A stretch of DNA of 64,000 nucleotides from Candidatus Bathyarchaeota archaeon (GCA_963733055.1 CAVTBR010000003.1:608001-672000); one strand, 5' to 3'. Counted from the stretch's first letter, positions 10,761-20,776 are shown. Notes: generated by a model not told the origin, from the letters alone. Numbers and translations are program-made.

Positions 10761-13373
10761 TTGAGCTCACGGAAAGAAAGGCGCTGGCTCTTTTTGAGTC
10801 TCTTACTGGCGGTAGTGTTATTCTCGGTCTTCGCCCAATCAGTCGGGGCGATCTACTTTTTCGATGACAAGATCACGCTAGACCAAAAGGCGAATCCTGC
10901 GCTCCGAGTTTTCTTACATGACAAAGCCGTCGGCGGCGTGAGAGAGGTTAACGTATTGGTCGTGTTCTCTTCCATTCCATCGTCGAACGACCTTGCCATG
11001 CTGGCCTCCCTAGGCACGTTGCGAACCTTCACCGGTCATGTCGCTACGGTGAATACGCAAATCAACTTGCTAACAAAAATTGCGAGCTTACACTTCGTGT
11101 CTCAAGTTGCAATGCCGAGAACAATGAAAGCTAATCTCGATGCTAGCGTCCCCGAGATCCTTGCGGATCGAGTTTGGAATACCGCAATGTACCCAGGCAT
11201 CCGTGATTCGAACGGAAATGAAGTGAACGGGTCGGGTGTGATAATCGGTATCGCCGATAGCGGAATAGACTACTTGCACCCCGACCTCTATTTTCCAAAT
11301 GGAACCAACAAAATCCTCTACATTTGGGACCAAACATCGACCGGAAAGTCGCCCGACGGTTACCCTTATGGGAATGAGTGCGGACCAAGCGACATTCAAT
11401 CGAAAGCCTGTACGGAATTTGATGACGGAGGAGCCTCACTTACTACTGGCCATGGCACAGCAGTGGCAGCAGTAGCCGCGAGCAGCGGGCAGGCATCTCA
11501 TCGATACTATGGAGTGGCACCAGGCGCCTCTATAATTGCAGTGAAGTTGATTGACGGGTCGGAGAACTACGTCATAGATGCAATGCAATATATGATAACT
11601 AAAGCTCATCAGCTCAATAGACCCTTGGTGATTGTTCACAGCCTAGGAGACTCGCTGGGATCACATGATGGAACAGAGCCACTGGAATTAGCTTTTACCG
11701 ACTTTGTCTCCGAGGGCGTTCCGATCGTTGTTGCGAGCGGTAACGATGGCGGCTCGAATTTGCACGTGAGCGGAATTCTGTCTCCTGGTGAAACTGTTCA
11801 TGTTCCATGGTCTATGGCCGCCGGTGCGGACACGAATCAAATCGACTTGTGGTACCCAGTTGCAACTTCAGTCGCGATTTCTGTAGTAACCCCGTCGGGT
11901 GAGGTAGTTACAGGTCCCACCGGCGATATTAGTGCCCAAACTGCGGACGGTACCGTCAGCATCCTCGCCGATATGCGACCGAGTGGCCGAGAGTGGTGGA
12001 TCAACGTTACTGCAAATATGGCTGGCTCTCAAGCCAAGGGCATCTGGTCTTTCGTTCTGACATCACAATCCGGTGCGCAAGGGAAGTGGGACGCGTGGAC
12101 GGAACCGGGGCAATTTGTGGGAAGCAATGAGACCGAAATGCAGCTGTATTCGATCGACCGATCAGATACCATCGACGCCCCGGGAACGGCGAAAGGAGTC
12201 ATAACCGTAGGCGCATACATGTCGAAGTACAGTTGGTGGGCTCAGTGTACTACTTGTGTCCAATGGGCGCAAGAGAATGGTTACAAGGGATATTGGTGGA
12301 CACCAAGTTATGCGCCGGGAGAAACTCAACTACTATACACCAATACTTCTACCGGCATTGTCAGAACTGTCTTGATTGGAGGGCCTGGAGTGGGCCAGTT
12401 ACTCTATTTCAGCAGCGCAGGCCCTACTCGAGACGGCAGGATGAAACCTGACGTAAATGCCCCAGGGGCGAACATCGCCGCCGCTAGAGCATCGACTGCT
12501 CCCCAACGCCACTCTGATCCTGATAACTATCATCAAGTATGGGTAGGAACGTCTTTCGCAGCGCCGCACGTTGCAGGAACCATAGCGTTGATGCTTCAAA
12601 TGAATCCGTACCTAAGCCCTAGCGAAATAACCAGTATACTGAAAGCAGATGCGAGGCAGGACAATTTCACAGGCACCATTAACCGATCCATAGGTTCACC
12701 ACTTTGGGGGTGGGGAAAGGTTAACGCATTTAGTTCAACTCTCGACGCTCCGAAACTTTACTCGGTTATGATTCAGGTCGCCGGAATTGGCCAACCCCTG
12801 AGCGCAGATTTGACTCTCGACGGGGCGTTCGTGGAAAGAATTTCGATCAACCAGACTACAACGGTAACTCTAGAGTTTACTCGTGGTGGAAACCACATGG
12901 TTGAGCTTACCCCAATCATTGCAGTTGAACCAGGAACGAGGTATGTGTTATTTGGCTCCCCGTGGACTTTTTCATCGGGCGGAATACGGAACTACACGTA
13001 TCAAGAACAGTACTATTTGCAGGTCAATTCTGAATACGGGTACGCGAGCGGAACCGGCTGGTATAAAGCGAATACTACGGCGGCTGCGAGCATTACACCT
13101 ACGATCGTGCAGGGTCATCAATTCCAAGGATGGATTGGTTCGGTTGTCTCGAGTTCGCCGAGAGTCACCATAACAATGGATTCAAGCAAGAATTTAGTGG
13201 CGACCTGGAGCCAGGGCGTGAACGGCAATGATCCGACACTCTTGTGGGCGAGCGTCGTGATCGCAATAGTTGCCATCGCCGTAACTGTGATGATAAAGCT
13301 AAGGCGAGAAAAAGCGAGAAAGAATCAACCTCACGGAACTAGCCTAGTCAATTCTCGTCCAAATTACTCGTAG
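10761..13373 (+). CDS. Secreted, membrane-anchored subtilisin-like serine peptidase (S8)
   Basis: Signal peptide; catalytic D (IADSGID), H (GHGTAVA), S (GTSFAAPHVAG); C-terminal beta-repeat, TM and basic tail. Confidence 0.93.
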   Translation: MSSRKERRWLFLSLLLAVVLFSVFAQSVGAIYFFDDKITLDQKANPALRVFLHDKAVGGVREVNVLVVFSSIPSSNDLAMLASLGTLRTFTGHVATVNTQINLLTKIASLHFVSQVAMPRTMKANLDASVPEILADRVWNTAMYPGIRDSNGNEVNGSGVIIGIADSGIDYLHPDLYFPNGTNKILYIWDQTSTGKSPDGYPYGNECGPSDIQSKACTEFDDGGASLTTGHGTAVAAVAASSGQASHRYYGVAPGASIIAVKLIDGSENYVIDAMQYMITKAHQLNRPLVIVHSLGDSLGSHDGTEPLELAFTDFVSEGVPIVVASGNDGGSNLHVSGILSPGETVHVPWSMAAGADTNQIDLWYPVATSVAISVVTPSGEVVTGPTGDISAQTADGTVSILADMRPSGREWWINVTANMAGSQAKGIWSFVLTSQSGAQGKWDAWTEPGQFVGSNETEMQLYSIDRSDTIDAPGTAKGVITVGAYMSKYSWWAQCTTCVQWAQENGYKGYWWTPSYAPGETQLLYTNTSTGIVRTVLIGGPGVGQLLYFSSAGPTRDGRMKPDVNAPGANIAAARASTAPQRHSDPDNYHQVWVGTSFAAPHVAGTIALMLQMNPYLSPSEITSILKADARQDNFTGTINRSIGSPLWGWGKVNAFSSTLDAPKLYSVMIQVAGIGQPLSADLTLDGAFVERISINQTTTVTLEFTRGGNHMVELTPIIAVEPGTRYVLFGSPWTFSSGGIRNYTYQEQYYLQVNSEYGYASGTGWYKANTTAAASITPTIVQGHQFQGWIGSVVSSSPRVTITMDSSKNLVATWSQGVNGNDPTLLWASVVIAIVAIAVTVMIKLRREKARKNQPHGTSLVNSRPNYS

Positions 13374-13903
13374 TCCACTTCATCCTGCTCGATCGCTTCA
13401 GCATGTTCGCTCACACCCTTTCGCAGCTTAACGGCCACACCCCGTCTGAAAGCTGCCATATCTCTCCCACTCAAGACAGCAGATCCAACACCCAGCAACG
13501 ATCCGTCTTCATCAGTTACAATTACTTCCTCCCCCGGCCTCAAATCGTGGTTGGCGCGGGCAACGTGTTTTGAGAAAACATCCCCACCTGCCTTGATAGC
13601 GTCGGACACGTCCGTTTGCACGACGACGAGACTTGATGGAATGTTAACTCTGGACAGAATGATACTTGCGCCGTGTAGTGTAAGTGCTAAGTATCCGTCT
13701 TTCGGCCTAAGCGTCGCAATCAACCGGTTCCGACTGTAGATGTGTCTGATTCGCCCAGTTTTCCTTGAGCATTCAAGCAGTAGCTTTCCACTGAATAGAA
13801 TCGAGCCAAGTCCTTGACCGAATTGGTAGTTTCCAATGCCGACAAGTTTGCGAAGTTGTGAGCTTGAAGGCCGTTTCATGGGCGTCACACCATTCTCGTT
13901 CAA
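13364..13903 (-). CDS. PUA domain protein (archaeosine TGT C-terminal-like)
   Basis: YQFG, SRKTGRIRH, TLRPKDG, GGDVFSKHV, RPGEEV and GVAVKLR motifs. Confidence 0.9.
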   Translation of the reverse strand: MNENGVTPMKRPSSSQLRKLVGIGNYQFGQGLGSILFSGKLLLECSRKTGRIRHIYSRNRLIATLRPKDGYLALTLHGASIILSRVNIPSSLVVVQTDVSDAIKAGGDVFSKHVARANHDLRPGEEVIVTDEDGSLLGVGSAVLSGRDMAAFRRGVAVKLRKGVSEHAEAIEQDEVDYE

Positions 13904-13952
13904 GAAACCAATTTAAGCTTCCACTCGCGGAGAACGAGCGGGGAAGGGCGGA

Positions 13953-14462
13953 TTGAATTGTGATATATGCGGTAGAGAGATCGTAGGGCCAGCCTTCAAA
14001 GTCAAGGTAGAAGGCGCCAAGATGCTTGCATGCCGAAACTGTCAACATCTCGGCGAACCCTACCAAGAAGATCCCGTCCTCCAGCAACCCCGACCTCGAA
14101 CCGGGGTAGTTCGATTGTCAAGGATTCCCGTAAGAAGACCCGCCGAGCTACCGAAAGAGATTCAGGAGTTAGATATTGCCGAAGATTTCGCGGACATAAT
14201 TCGAAAACGACGAATGAAGCTAGGGATGTCCCAGGAAGACCTTGCAAATCGAGTGAAGACAAAACTATCCATCATTCAGCACATTGAAAACGGCAAGATA
14301 GCTCCCGAGACTCGGTTGTGCAGAGTGCTTCAACATGAACTGAAAATCAAACTCTTGGTGCCTCACAGTGAAGCACCCGCGCCCAAGACGGCTGCTCCAA
14401 ACGAAATTACGTTAGGAGACATCATCAAAATAAGGGGCAAACCCGACGAAGAAGCGCACTAA
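13953..14462 (+). CDS. mbf1: Archaeal multiprotein bridging factor aMBF1
   Basis: N-terminal Zn ribbon CDICG...CRNC, HTH GMSQEDLA, C-terminal TLGDI. Confidence 0.93.
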   Translation: MNCDICGREIVGPAFKVKVEGAKMLACRNCQHLGEPYQEDPVLQQPRPRTGVVRLSRIPVRRPAELPKEIQELDIAEDFADIIRKRRMKLGMSQEDLANRVKTKLSIIQHIENGKIAPETRLCRVLQHELKIKLLVPHSEAPAPKTAAPNEITLGDIIKIRGKPDEEAH

Positions 14463-14986
14463 TCTACAGTTACATTCTTTCCGTGCTCAGACGGGATTAT
14501 TCTAATTTCGTATTCGGGAAAATTGTGCTCCAGACGTTTATGTTTGAAAAGCCAATCGAGGAAAATGCCTAACGCGCTAACCTCGCTGATAGGCTGATTA
14601 GTTACGGCGACGTTCCAATCTGCAAGTCCGAACAGTTCCCCAGGCACTTTCTCGGCTCCGACGACAACTAACTTGTCTCCCGGCACATCCCGAATTCCGT
14701 TAATGACTTTGGGCAATGGCATGCCGTATGCTGTTAGATGGATTACTTTCCCGCCGGCGCGTTTCCAATCCATTAGTGTAGATCGCCAGGGTTTTCCTGC
14801 CTCTACCTCGAATTCTCCTCCAAACCTCTCCGATACGCGCTTTACGGTGTCAACAAGCTCTCTATCTTGCACGTCGGAAATGTAGACACCATTGGCACCG
14901 AGCGCACGTGCGGTTAGGCAAACGTGTGTAGTTATGCGCTCATCTCTTGGAATCCTGTGGCCGATTCGGAGCACCATGACCCTCAT
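14459..14986 (-). CDS. trm56: tRNA (cytidine56-2'-O)-methyltransferase
   Basis: LRIGHR..RDERITTHVCLTARALGA, HLTAYG, VGAEKVP, NQP.SEV motifs. Confidence 0.96.
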   Translation of the reverse strand: MRVMVLRIGHRIPRDERITTHVCLTARALGANGVYISDVQDRELVDTVKRVSERFGGEFEVEAGKPWRSTLMDWKRAGGKVIHLTAYGMPLPKVINGIRDVPGDKLVVVGAEKVPGELFGLADWNVAVTNQPISEVSALGIFLDWLFKHKRLEHNFPEYEIRIIPSEHGKNVTVD

Positions 14987-15023
14987 GATCTCGGTGCCCC
15001 TTAGGTTCGCTCTCGGAAGCAGA

Positions 15024-15212
15024 CTAGCGAGTCTTAACTATGAGGTACATTCCGAGAAAGAAAATTACGGTTCCAAGTAGCTCGATTATGCCCACTCTGA
15101 AGTAGGTCGCAGCGGGCGTTCCACCTTCAGTTACCGAAGTTGAGCCGGCTATATCCATCATAGCCCCTAGAAAGAATAATAGAAACCCTAAGGTCCCGAC
15201 AGTTTCCTTCAT
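15024..15212 (-). CDS. Small two-TM membrane protein
   Basis: 62-aa ORF with two hydrophobic segments filling the trm56-tfe gap. Confidence 0.55.
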   Translation of the reverse strand: MKETVGTLGFLLFFLGAMMDIAGSTSVTEGGTPAATYFRVGIIELLGTVIFFLGMYLIVKTR

Positions 15213-15356
15213 TTTCTGCGGCCCGCGAACGCTAAACCAAACCGGTTCGTATAAAAGAGTTACTTACCGCAATAGACTTCGCTGAGTCTCCAACAAAGAG
15301 TTAATGTGAAGTAAAACGTCTAGAAGATACGAAGAACAACCGGGCGGCACACAGAT

Positions 15357-15863
15357 TTGTCAGTCCTAGACGAGGAACTCATTAAGATCGCAAACCTATT
15401 CGGTGGAGACGAAGCGGTCACTGTCGTCAAGAGCCTCAAGAAACTCGGCGAAGGAACCGACGAAATCATAGCGAATGATTGCGCTATAAGATTGAATACT
15501 GTTCGCAAAGTGCTCTACAAACTCTACGACCACGGCCTTGTCTCCTGCACCAGAGTGAGAGATGAGAAGACAGGGTGGTTCATCTTCTATTGGAGACTCC
15601 AACCCGACCAACTCGATGCGTTCATTCGGAGCCGCAAGAAACGTGCCCTGGACAAACTGAAAACAAGACTTGACTTCGAACGTAACCACACATTCTTCGT
15701 ATGCAAGACGGACGTCGATGTGCGAGTGACTTTCGAAGAGGCAATGGAAAGCTCATTCAAGTGCGGCAAGTGCGGAAACCAACTCGACAGTTCCGAGAAC
15801 GCGGAGATGGTTTCAATCCTCGAATCCAAGATCGAGAGACTGGAGGCCGAACTCAGCCGTTGA
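15357..15863 (+). CDS. tfe: Transcription factor E alpha
   Basis: Winged helix TDEIIA...LNTVRKVLYKLY, GWFIFYW, Zn ribbon FEEAME..FKCGKCG. Confidence 0.96.
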   Translation: MSVLDEELIKIANLFGGDEAVTVVKSLKKLGEGTDEIIANDCAIRLNTVRKVLYKLYDHGLVSCTRVRDEKTGWFIFYWRLQPDQLDAFIRSRKKRALDKLKTRLDFERNHTFFVCKTDVDVRVTFEEAMESSFKCGKCGNQLDSSENAEMVSILESKIERLEAELSR

Positions 15864-15878
15864 GAAAGGCTGAGAGGA

Positions 15879-16640
15879 ATGAAGATAACTATCCTTGAAC
15901 GACCAAGCGAAATCACAGCCCGAAATTTCAAACCAAGATTAGAGAAAGCGCTCAACGAACTCAAGAGTGGACTTAAGGCCACAACGACTTTAGATGGCTT
16001 TTCTCCCAACGGATGGACTCGCGTCGGAATCATCGGGGAAGACAGCGAGATCCTGACAGCGCTGATTGGGAAGAAATTCGGATTGGCCCATACGGACTTA
16101 CGAGAAATCGATGTCGCCGACGTTTACGAGGCAATAATCACCGGCGTAACCCCCGGAGGACTGGAGTTTGACGTCGGTTTGGAGAGGGGAGGTCACTGCA
16201 AGTGCTCGGTCCCAGTCAACCACTTGATCGCTCAGTTAGCTGACGGCAAGAACATTCCATGTCGAGAGATTGCTAATGATTATTGCCTCCTGCCCGGAGT
16301 ACGGCTTTCAGTGCGAGTCACGAGAAAGACCGATAACGAAATCGAGGCTTGGTTGTCAGACTCACAAATAGAACGACTGGGAGGATGGATTACATTCGGC
16401 TTGGATCGGATAGAAGTATTCGAGTGCTTTGAGCAGGAGGTAGACGCTGCGATTCTTACGGCACATCTGTCGCGAGATATTATCTCAACTGACCAGATCA
16501 CTTTAACGGTGCAATCAATCGAGTGCAAGCTCGGAACCGACGCAGTAGGGCTCATTCCGAAACTCGGCTCCGTTCTCAAGAAACAAGAGCTTCAACCGTT
16601 CATTCCTAGAAGAATCGTAGCTCGATGTCGCCCTTGGTGA
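15879..16640 (+). CDS. DUF2110 family protein
   Basis: Follows tfe, the usual context; GEDSE, HLSRDI, CKLGTDAVGLIPKLG motifs. Confidence 0.8.
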   Translation: MKITILERPSEITARNFKPRLEKALNELKSGLKATTTLDGFSPNGWTRVGIIGEDSEILTALIGKKFGLAHTDLREIDVADVYEAIITGVTPGGLEFDVGLERGGHCKCSVPVNHLIAQLADGKNIPCREIANDYCLLPGVRLSVRVTRKTDNEIEAWLSDSQIERLGGWITFGLDRIEVFECFEQEVDAAILTAHLSRDIISTDQITLTVQSIECKLGTDAVGLIPKLGSVLKKQELQPFIPRRIVARCRPW

Positions 16641-17425
16641 CAAAACGATATAATTTGTCAAACTGCAGAATACTCACGGTAAGCTATGACTCATGCTTTA
16701 CGAACCTCGCTCTGGAGGAAGCACTCGCCCGCACTAACAGTTCCCAAGATTCACAACACCCGACCACCATAAGATTCTGGAGGAACCCGAACTCGGTGGT
16801 CCTCGGACGATTTCAAGAAGCGGCATCAGAGGTTGATCTTGGGGCATGCAACTTAAACCAAGTGCAAGTTGCTCGCAGGTTCACGGGAGGGGGCGCGGTC
16901 TTTCACGATGAAGGGACACTAAACTTCACCATCCTGAAGAGGCGCTCGGAAAACACATCCGCGCTGCAATTTTGGGATGAAAATCTGAGACTTGTTGCGG
17001 AGGCTCTGGGTAATCTCGGGTTGGACTGCGCGATCTCCGCTCCGAACTCGATTCTGACTGACGGCAGAAAATTATGTGGTGCTGCAGGAGCGCTGGTGGA
17101 GAAATCCGTTTTGTGGCATTGCTCGATAATGGTGACGACAAATACGCGATTATTGGAACTGGTTCTTGGTCCCAGCAAGGCGCGAGCCGCGACTCGATTC
17201 GTTCACAGCAAGTGGAGCCCGGTTACAACAGTAAGCAACGCCCTGTCCAAGTCTGTTGACATTCATGAGGTAGAGCGTAGCTTGAGGGCGGTAGCTCAGG
17301 ACGAGCTTAGCGTGAACTTGAGGACAGGTTCATTGTCGGTGGAAGAGGAGGAGTGCTCAAAGACATTGCTCGCTGGAAGGTACTCAACCGACGAATGGAA
17401 CCTTTACGGAAACAGACGAGTTTAG
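16625..17425 (+). CDS. Lipoate-protein ligase A family protein
   Basis: NLALEEAL, VVLGRFQ, RRFTGGGAVFHD, GRKLCG motifs. Confidence 0.9.
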   Translation: MSPLVTKRYNLSNCRILTVSYDSCFTNLALEEALARTNSSQDSQHPTTIRFWRNPNSVVLGRFQEAASEVDLGACNLNQVQVARRFTGGGAVFHDEGTLNFTILKRRSENTSALQFWDENLRLVAEALGNLGLDCAISAPNSILTDGRKLCGAAGALVEKSVLWHCSIMVTTNTRLLELVLGPSKARAATRFVHSKWSPVTTVSNALSKSVDIHEVERSLRAVAQDELSVNLRTGSLSVEEEECSKTLLAGRYSTDEWNLYGNRRV

Positions 17426-17452
17426 AACGGCAGAAAGAAGGCGTTGAGTGAA

Positions 17453-17683
17453 TCACACAACGATTGCAGTGTGAGTTCGCTCGACGCCCTTAACGGATTG
17501 TATCTTCTTGATCACGAGCTCAGACAGGGTAGTCATGTCGTGCATTTCTAGATAGGCAATGACATCGTACACGCCTGTGACGGCGAACACCATTTTCACG
17601 CCCTTAACTTTCTCGATGGCTCTGGATACCGAACGAGACCGTCCAAGCTGCGCCTGAACCAACACGAACGCCTTTACCACCAC
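17453..17683 (-). CDS. Stand-alone Lrp/AsnC ligand-binding (RAM) domain protein
   Basis: KAFVLV...VTGVYDVIA...KIQSVKGVERTHTAIV; GTG start at 17683 or 17680 after a GGTGA SD. Confidence 0.85.
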   Translation of the reverse strand: MVVKAFVLVQAQLGRSRSVSRAIEKVKGVKMVFAVTGVYDVIAYLEMHDMTTLSELVIKKIQSVKGVERTHTAIVV

Positions 17684-17825
17684 AAAAGTCACCTGTTTAC
17701 CTAATTTCGAGTAGGGGGTACTTAAAAGGAAATTGAGCCACACAGACACACGTCTAGCGGCCGTTTCCATCCATCCTGTTTTCGAATCTGAGTAAAGGAA
17801 AAATAGGCATCCCTTCCCCTGCTAG

Positions 17826-19121
17826 TTGATAATAATGGCGAGAGAATACTTACCGAAACTTACAATCGCTATACTCGCACTCAGCATAGCACTAGTTCTT
17901 CTGTCCGCGCACCCAAGCATCGTTGCTGCTTCTCCGACAAGCCCACAGACCTCGTACCCGACATCCAACCCAACGAGTACACATCCTACGTGGTATAATT
18001 CAACTTACGACTGCTACTACGATTCGTACTATTACTACTATTACCCATACTATTCTTGCGATTACTATTCCAACTACTATTATGGCTACCCGTACTATTC
18101 CTACTACTATTACGGTTACCCGTACTATTACTCCAATTATTACGGCTCCAGCTACTATGGAGGCTACAACTACTATTCCAGTCCTTCAAGCTACACTTTG
18201 ACAGTTGCGACAGACCCGTCTAGCCTTGGAACAGTAACCGGCAGCGGTACGTACACGTCAGGAAGCTCGGCGTCGTTCTCCGTAACTCAGAACACCGTTC
18301 AAGTATCGCCCAATACTCGATACGTGTTTTCGCATTGGTCGGGCGACTATTCTGGAGTGGGAAGTAGTGGTACGGTAACTGTGAATGGCGCTACGAAAAT
18401 CACAGCCGTCTACCAACTTCAATATTATCTGACAGTGCAATCACAACCCCAGAATGCACCCACCCCTCAAGGTCAGGGTTGGTTCAATTCAGGCGACACA
18501 GCTTCACTTCAGAGTCCGGGCCAAACAATCGGAGGAGATGGCGGACGCAGACTAGCGTTTCAGGGTTGGTCGGTTGACGGCCAGGGAACCCAATCCGGCT
18601 CATCTCTGAACGTCGTTATGAATGCGCCACACACCGTCACCGCGCTCTACGGCCAACAGTACTACCTGAACGTTCAGTCGGATCAAGGAGTAACTACTGG
18701 AACTGGTTGGTATGACTCCGGCAGCACCGCCCAAATCTACGTTTCAACACCAGTCAGCACATCTTACGGTACCAACATTGTTTTCAACGGCTGGCAGGGA
18801 GACTTCCAATCAAGTAGCCAATCAGCTAGCGTGCTTATGGATGGCCCTAAGAACGTCATCGCCACGTGGAGAACTGACTCAACAGTGCTTTACCTGACGA
18901 TAGGCGCAGTGATCGTCGCAGCCCTGCTAGTACTGGGCGGATTGATCGCATTCTCGGGTAGAGGACGAGGCAACACACAAACGGTCTACCAACAACCAGC
19001 GGCGCAAACGACTAAGAATACTAGCAGCACATCAGCGCATGATCAATCGAACACGACTCATAAGGCCGAACAGCACCGGAAGAAACCCGAGAACGCGGAC
19101 GAAAGCGAGTCCACTTCTTAG
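17826..19121 (+). CDS. Cell-surface protein: signal peptide, Ser/Thr/Pro linker, Tyr-rich tract, three beta-repeats, C-terminal TM
   Basis: Repeats of YYL.V.S..G...G.GWY..G...F.GW.GD...V.M..P..V.A; TM at about residues 355-378. Confidence 0.8.
   Translation: MIIMAREYLPKLTIAILALSIALVLLSAHPSIVAASPTSPQTSYPTSNPTSTHPTWYNSTYDCYYDSYYYYYYPYYSCDYYSNYYYGYPYYSYYYYGYPYYYSNYYGSSYYGGYNYYSSPSSYTLTVATDPSSLGTVTGSGTYTSGSSASFSVTQNTVQVSPNTRYVFSHWSGDYSGVGSSGTVTVNGATKITAVYQLQYYLTVQSQPQNAPTPQGQGWFNSGDTASLQSPGQTIGGDGGRRLAFQGWSVDGQGTQSGSSLNVVMNAPHTVTALYGQQYYLNVQSDQGVTTGTGWYDSGSTAQIYVSTPVSTSYGTNIVFNGWQGDFQSSSQSASVLMDGPKNVIATWRTDSTVLYLTIGAVIVAALLVLGGLIAFSGRGRGNTQTVYQQPAAQTTKNTSSTSAHDQSNTTHKAEQHRKKPENADESESTS
18006..18176 (+). 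repeat. TAC/TAT-rich low-complexity tract encoding a poly-Tyr segment
   Basis: 34 of 57 codons are Tyr (manual count); internal repeat YYYGYPYY. Confidence 0.9.
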
Positions 19122-19127
19122 ATCCAA

Positions 19128-19155
19128 TTTCTCTCCCTTCCCCTTTTTTTCCTTC
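19128..19155 (+). terminator. Pyrimidine/oligo-T archaeal terminator
   Basis: tttctctcccttcccctttttttccttc directly after the stop codon. Confidence 0.55.
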
Positions 19156-19210
19156 GTCTCCTAGTGTAACCCCTTTAACTCTCAACCCTTAGCAGGCAAC
19201 CCTTCGAGGG

Positions 19211-20371
19211 TTGGTCTTGGATCTGGGCGGGATCAGGCAACAAATTCCCTTACTCAACCACAGCGTGTATTTGGATAACGCCGGCGCCGGCCCCCCACCG
19301 TCCAGCGTCCACACGGCGATGCAATCCTTTCTCGATGAATGGCGGGATTATGGCGAGAAGTGGGAGGCTTGGTTGTTAGACATTGTTAGGGCGAGAGAAC
19401 TGTTCGCCCAACTGGTCGGAGCCAATCCTGATGAAATCGCCTGCGTCCCAAATGTGACCTCAGGTCTCGGTGCAGTAGCCACCGCTCTTCGATTCGGATC
19501 GGGCCAGAACGTTGTGGTTAGTGAACTGAACTTTCCAACAAACGTCTACCTTTGGCATACGCTGCGTCAGAGGGGCTCACTATCTGAAGTCAGAGTAATG
19601 AAAGCGAAGGATGGGAGAATTCCGTTAGAGGATTATGAACGGGCGATTGATGACAAGACGATTGCGGTCTCTCTGGATTACGTTTCCTGGGTCAATGGTT
19701 GTCGGGAGAATATTTCAGAGATTACAAAACTTGCACACTCCCGTGGAGCGCTGATGATGGTTGACGCCTTCCACGCCACGGGCGTAATGCCAATCGACGT
19801 AAGAACACTCGGGGTTGATGTATTGACTTGTGGAACGTACAAGTGGTTGATGGGCCCGCACGGAGCCGCATTTCTTTACGTGAAGCAGGTGGTAGAAGAG
19901 AGGCTCGAGCCTTCAATTGTTGGTTGGCATGGCATCGACGATTCAGTCATCGCCAGAATCCAAGCCCACCAGGACCCGTTTGGACGGCCCTTCGATCTTA
20001 ACCACGCCACCCCCGCTAAGAACGCGACTCGATTCGAGTGGGGAACATGGGCCGTCATAAGCGTGGAGGGTGCAAAGGCCGCCCTGGAATTTACGTTGAA
20101 GTACCCTCCAGAGGAACGATGGCCCCTAATCCAGAAGCTCAACGAGCACCTGACGGACGGATTGAAGGCGAAAGGTAGGCGAATGACCTCACCCTTAGAG
20201 AAGGAGAGGATTAGCGGAATAGTCACCTTCGAGATCGAGCAAGCCGCACAAGTAGCCCGCAGGCTTCAGGAGCAGAAGGTGATTGTCGCCCCTAGGGTTA
20301 ACACGTTACGAGTTTCACCCCACTTCTACAACACCGAGGATGAGATTGACGTTCTCTTGGGGAAACTGTGA
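19211..20371 (+). CDS. Class V PLP-dependent aminotransferase (cysteine desulfurase/kynureninase-like)
   Basis: YLDNAG, VDAFH, GTYKWLMGP (PLP lysine), RVSPHFYNT. Confidence 0.9.
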   Translation: MVLDLGGIRQQIPLLNHSVYLDNAGAGPPPSSVHTAMQSFLDEWRDYGEKWEAWLLDIVRARELFAQLVGANPDEIACVPNVTSGLGAVATALRFGSGQNVVVSELNFPTNVYLWHTLRQRGSLSEVRVMKAKDGRIPLEDYERAIDDKTIAVSLDYVSWVNGCRENISEITKLAHSRGALMMVDAFHATGVMPIDVRTLGVDVLTCGTYKWLMGPHGAAFLYVKQVVEERLEPSIVGWHGIDDSVIARIQAHQDPFGRPFDLNHATPAKNATRFEWGTWAVISVEGAKAALEFTLKYPPEERWPLIQKLNEHLTDGLKAKGRRMTSPLEKERISGIVTFEIEQAAQVARRLQEQKVIVAPRVNTLRVSPHFYNTEDEIDVLLGKL

Positions 20372-20605
20372 AAGGCGAGGCAGAGCAGGGCGGTTGAGCC
20401 CACAAGTTAGAGCTGGTCGTGGCGCTCATGCGTTCCAAGCGGTTCTTCTACCGGTGACCACTGGGCGCCTGTGCCTCCTACCTCTCGCCAGAATATGTAC
20501 CTATTCGCGACGGGTTATGGCCATATCCCACGTAACCCGAGTCTGAAAACGCCTAGTTTTCTGTGGCAGGGCTCCCACGCTGAGAAAACATGACTGCCTG
20601 GGTGG

Positions 20606-20776
20606 TTAGTGGGAGGTTATTTTCTCCATGAATTTCTCTGGCACGCCAGGCCTGTGCCTTTCACAATAGTAATCCGCCCTACCGAACATTTCAACCCGCC
20701 ACTCCCCATCATTACCGCATAGGGGGATGTTGCACACGGGCTTGGTTTCGGAGTTCTGTTCGACGACAGCCGCCAA
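20606..20776 (-). CDS. Small putative Zn-finger protein (56 aa, below the ORF-track cutoff)
   Basis: Manual translation MAAVVEQNSETKPVCNIPLCGNDGEWRVEMFGRADYYCERHRPGVPEKFMEKITSH, with C-x4-C...C-x2-H. Confidence 0.6.
   Translation of the reverse strand: MAAVVEQNSETKPVCNIPLCGNDGEWRVEMFGRADYYCERHRPGVPEKFMEKITSH

Noticed and set aside
18006-18176. TAC/TAT tract as a CRISPR array or microsatellite
   Set aside because: No repeat-spacer structure; it is in frame and uses mixed codons. No CRISPR array or cas gene was seen in the window.
20372-20600. Possible structured ncRNA (CGGGTTA/TAACCCG stem at 20511-20539)
   Set aside because: Only one 7-bp stem, with no SRP, RNase P or C/D-box hallmarks that I could identify.
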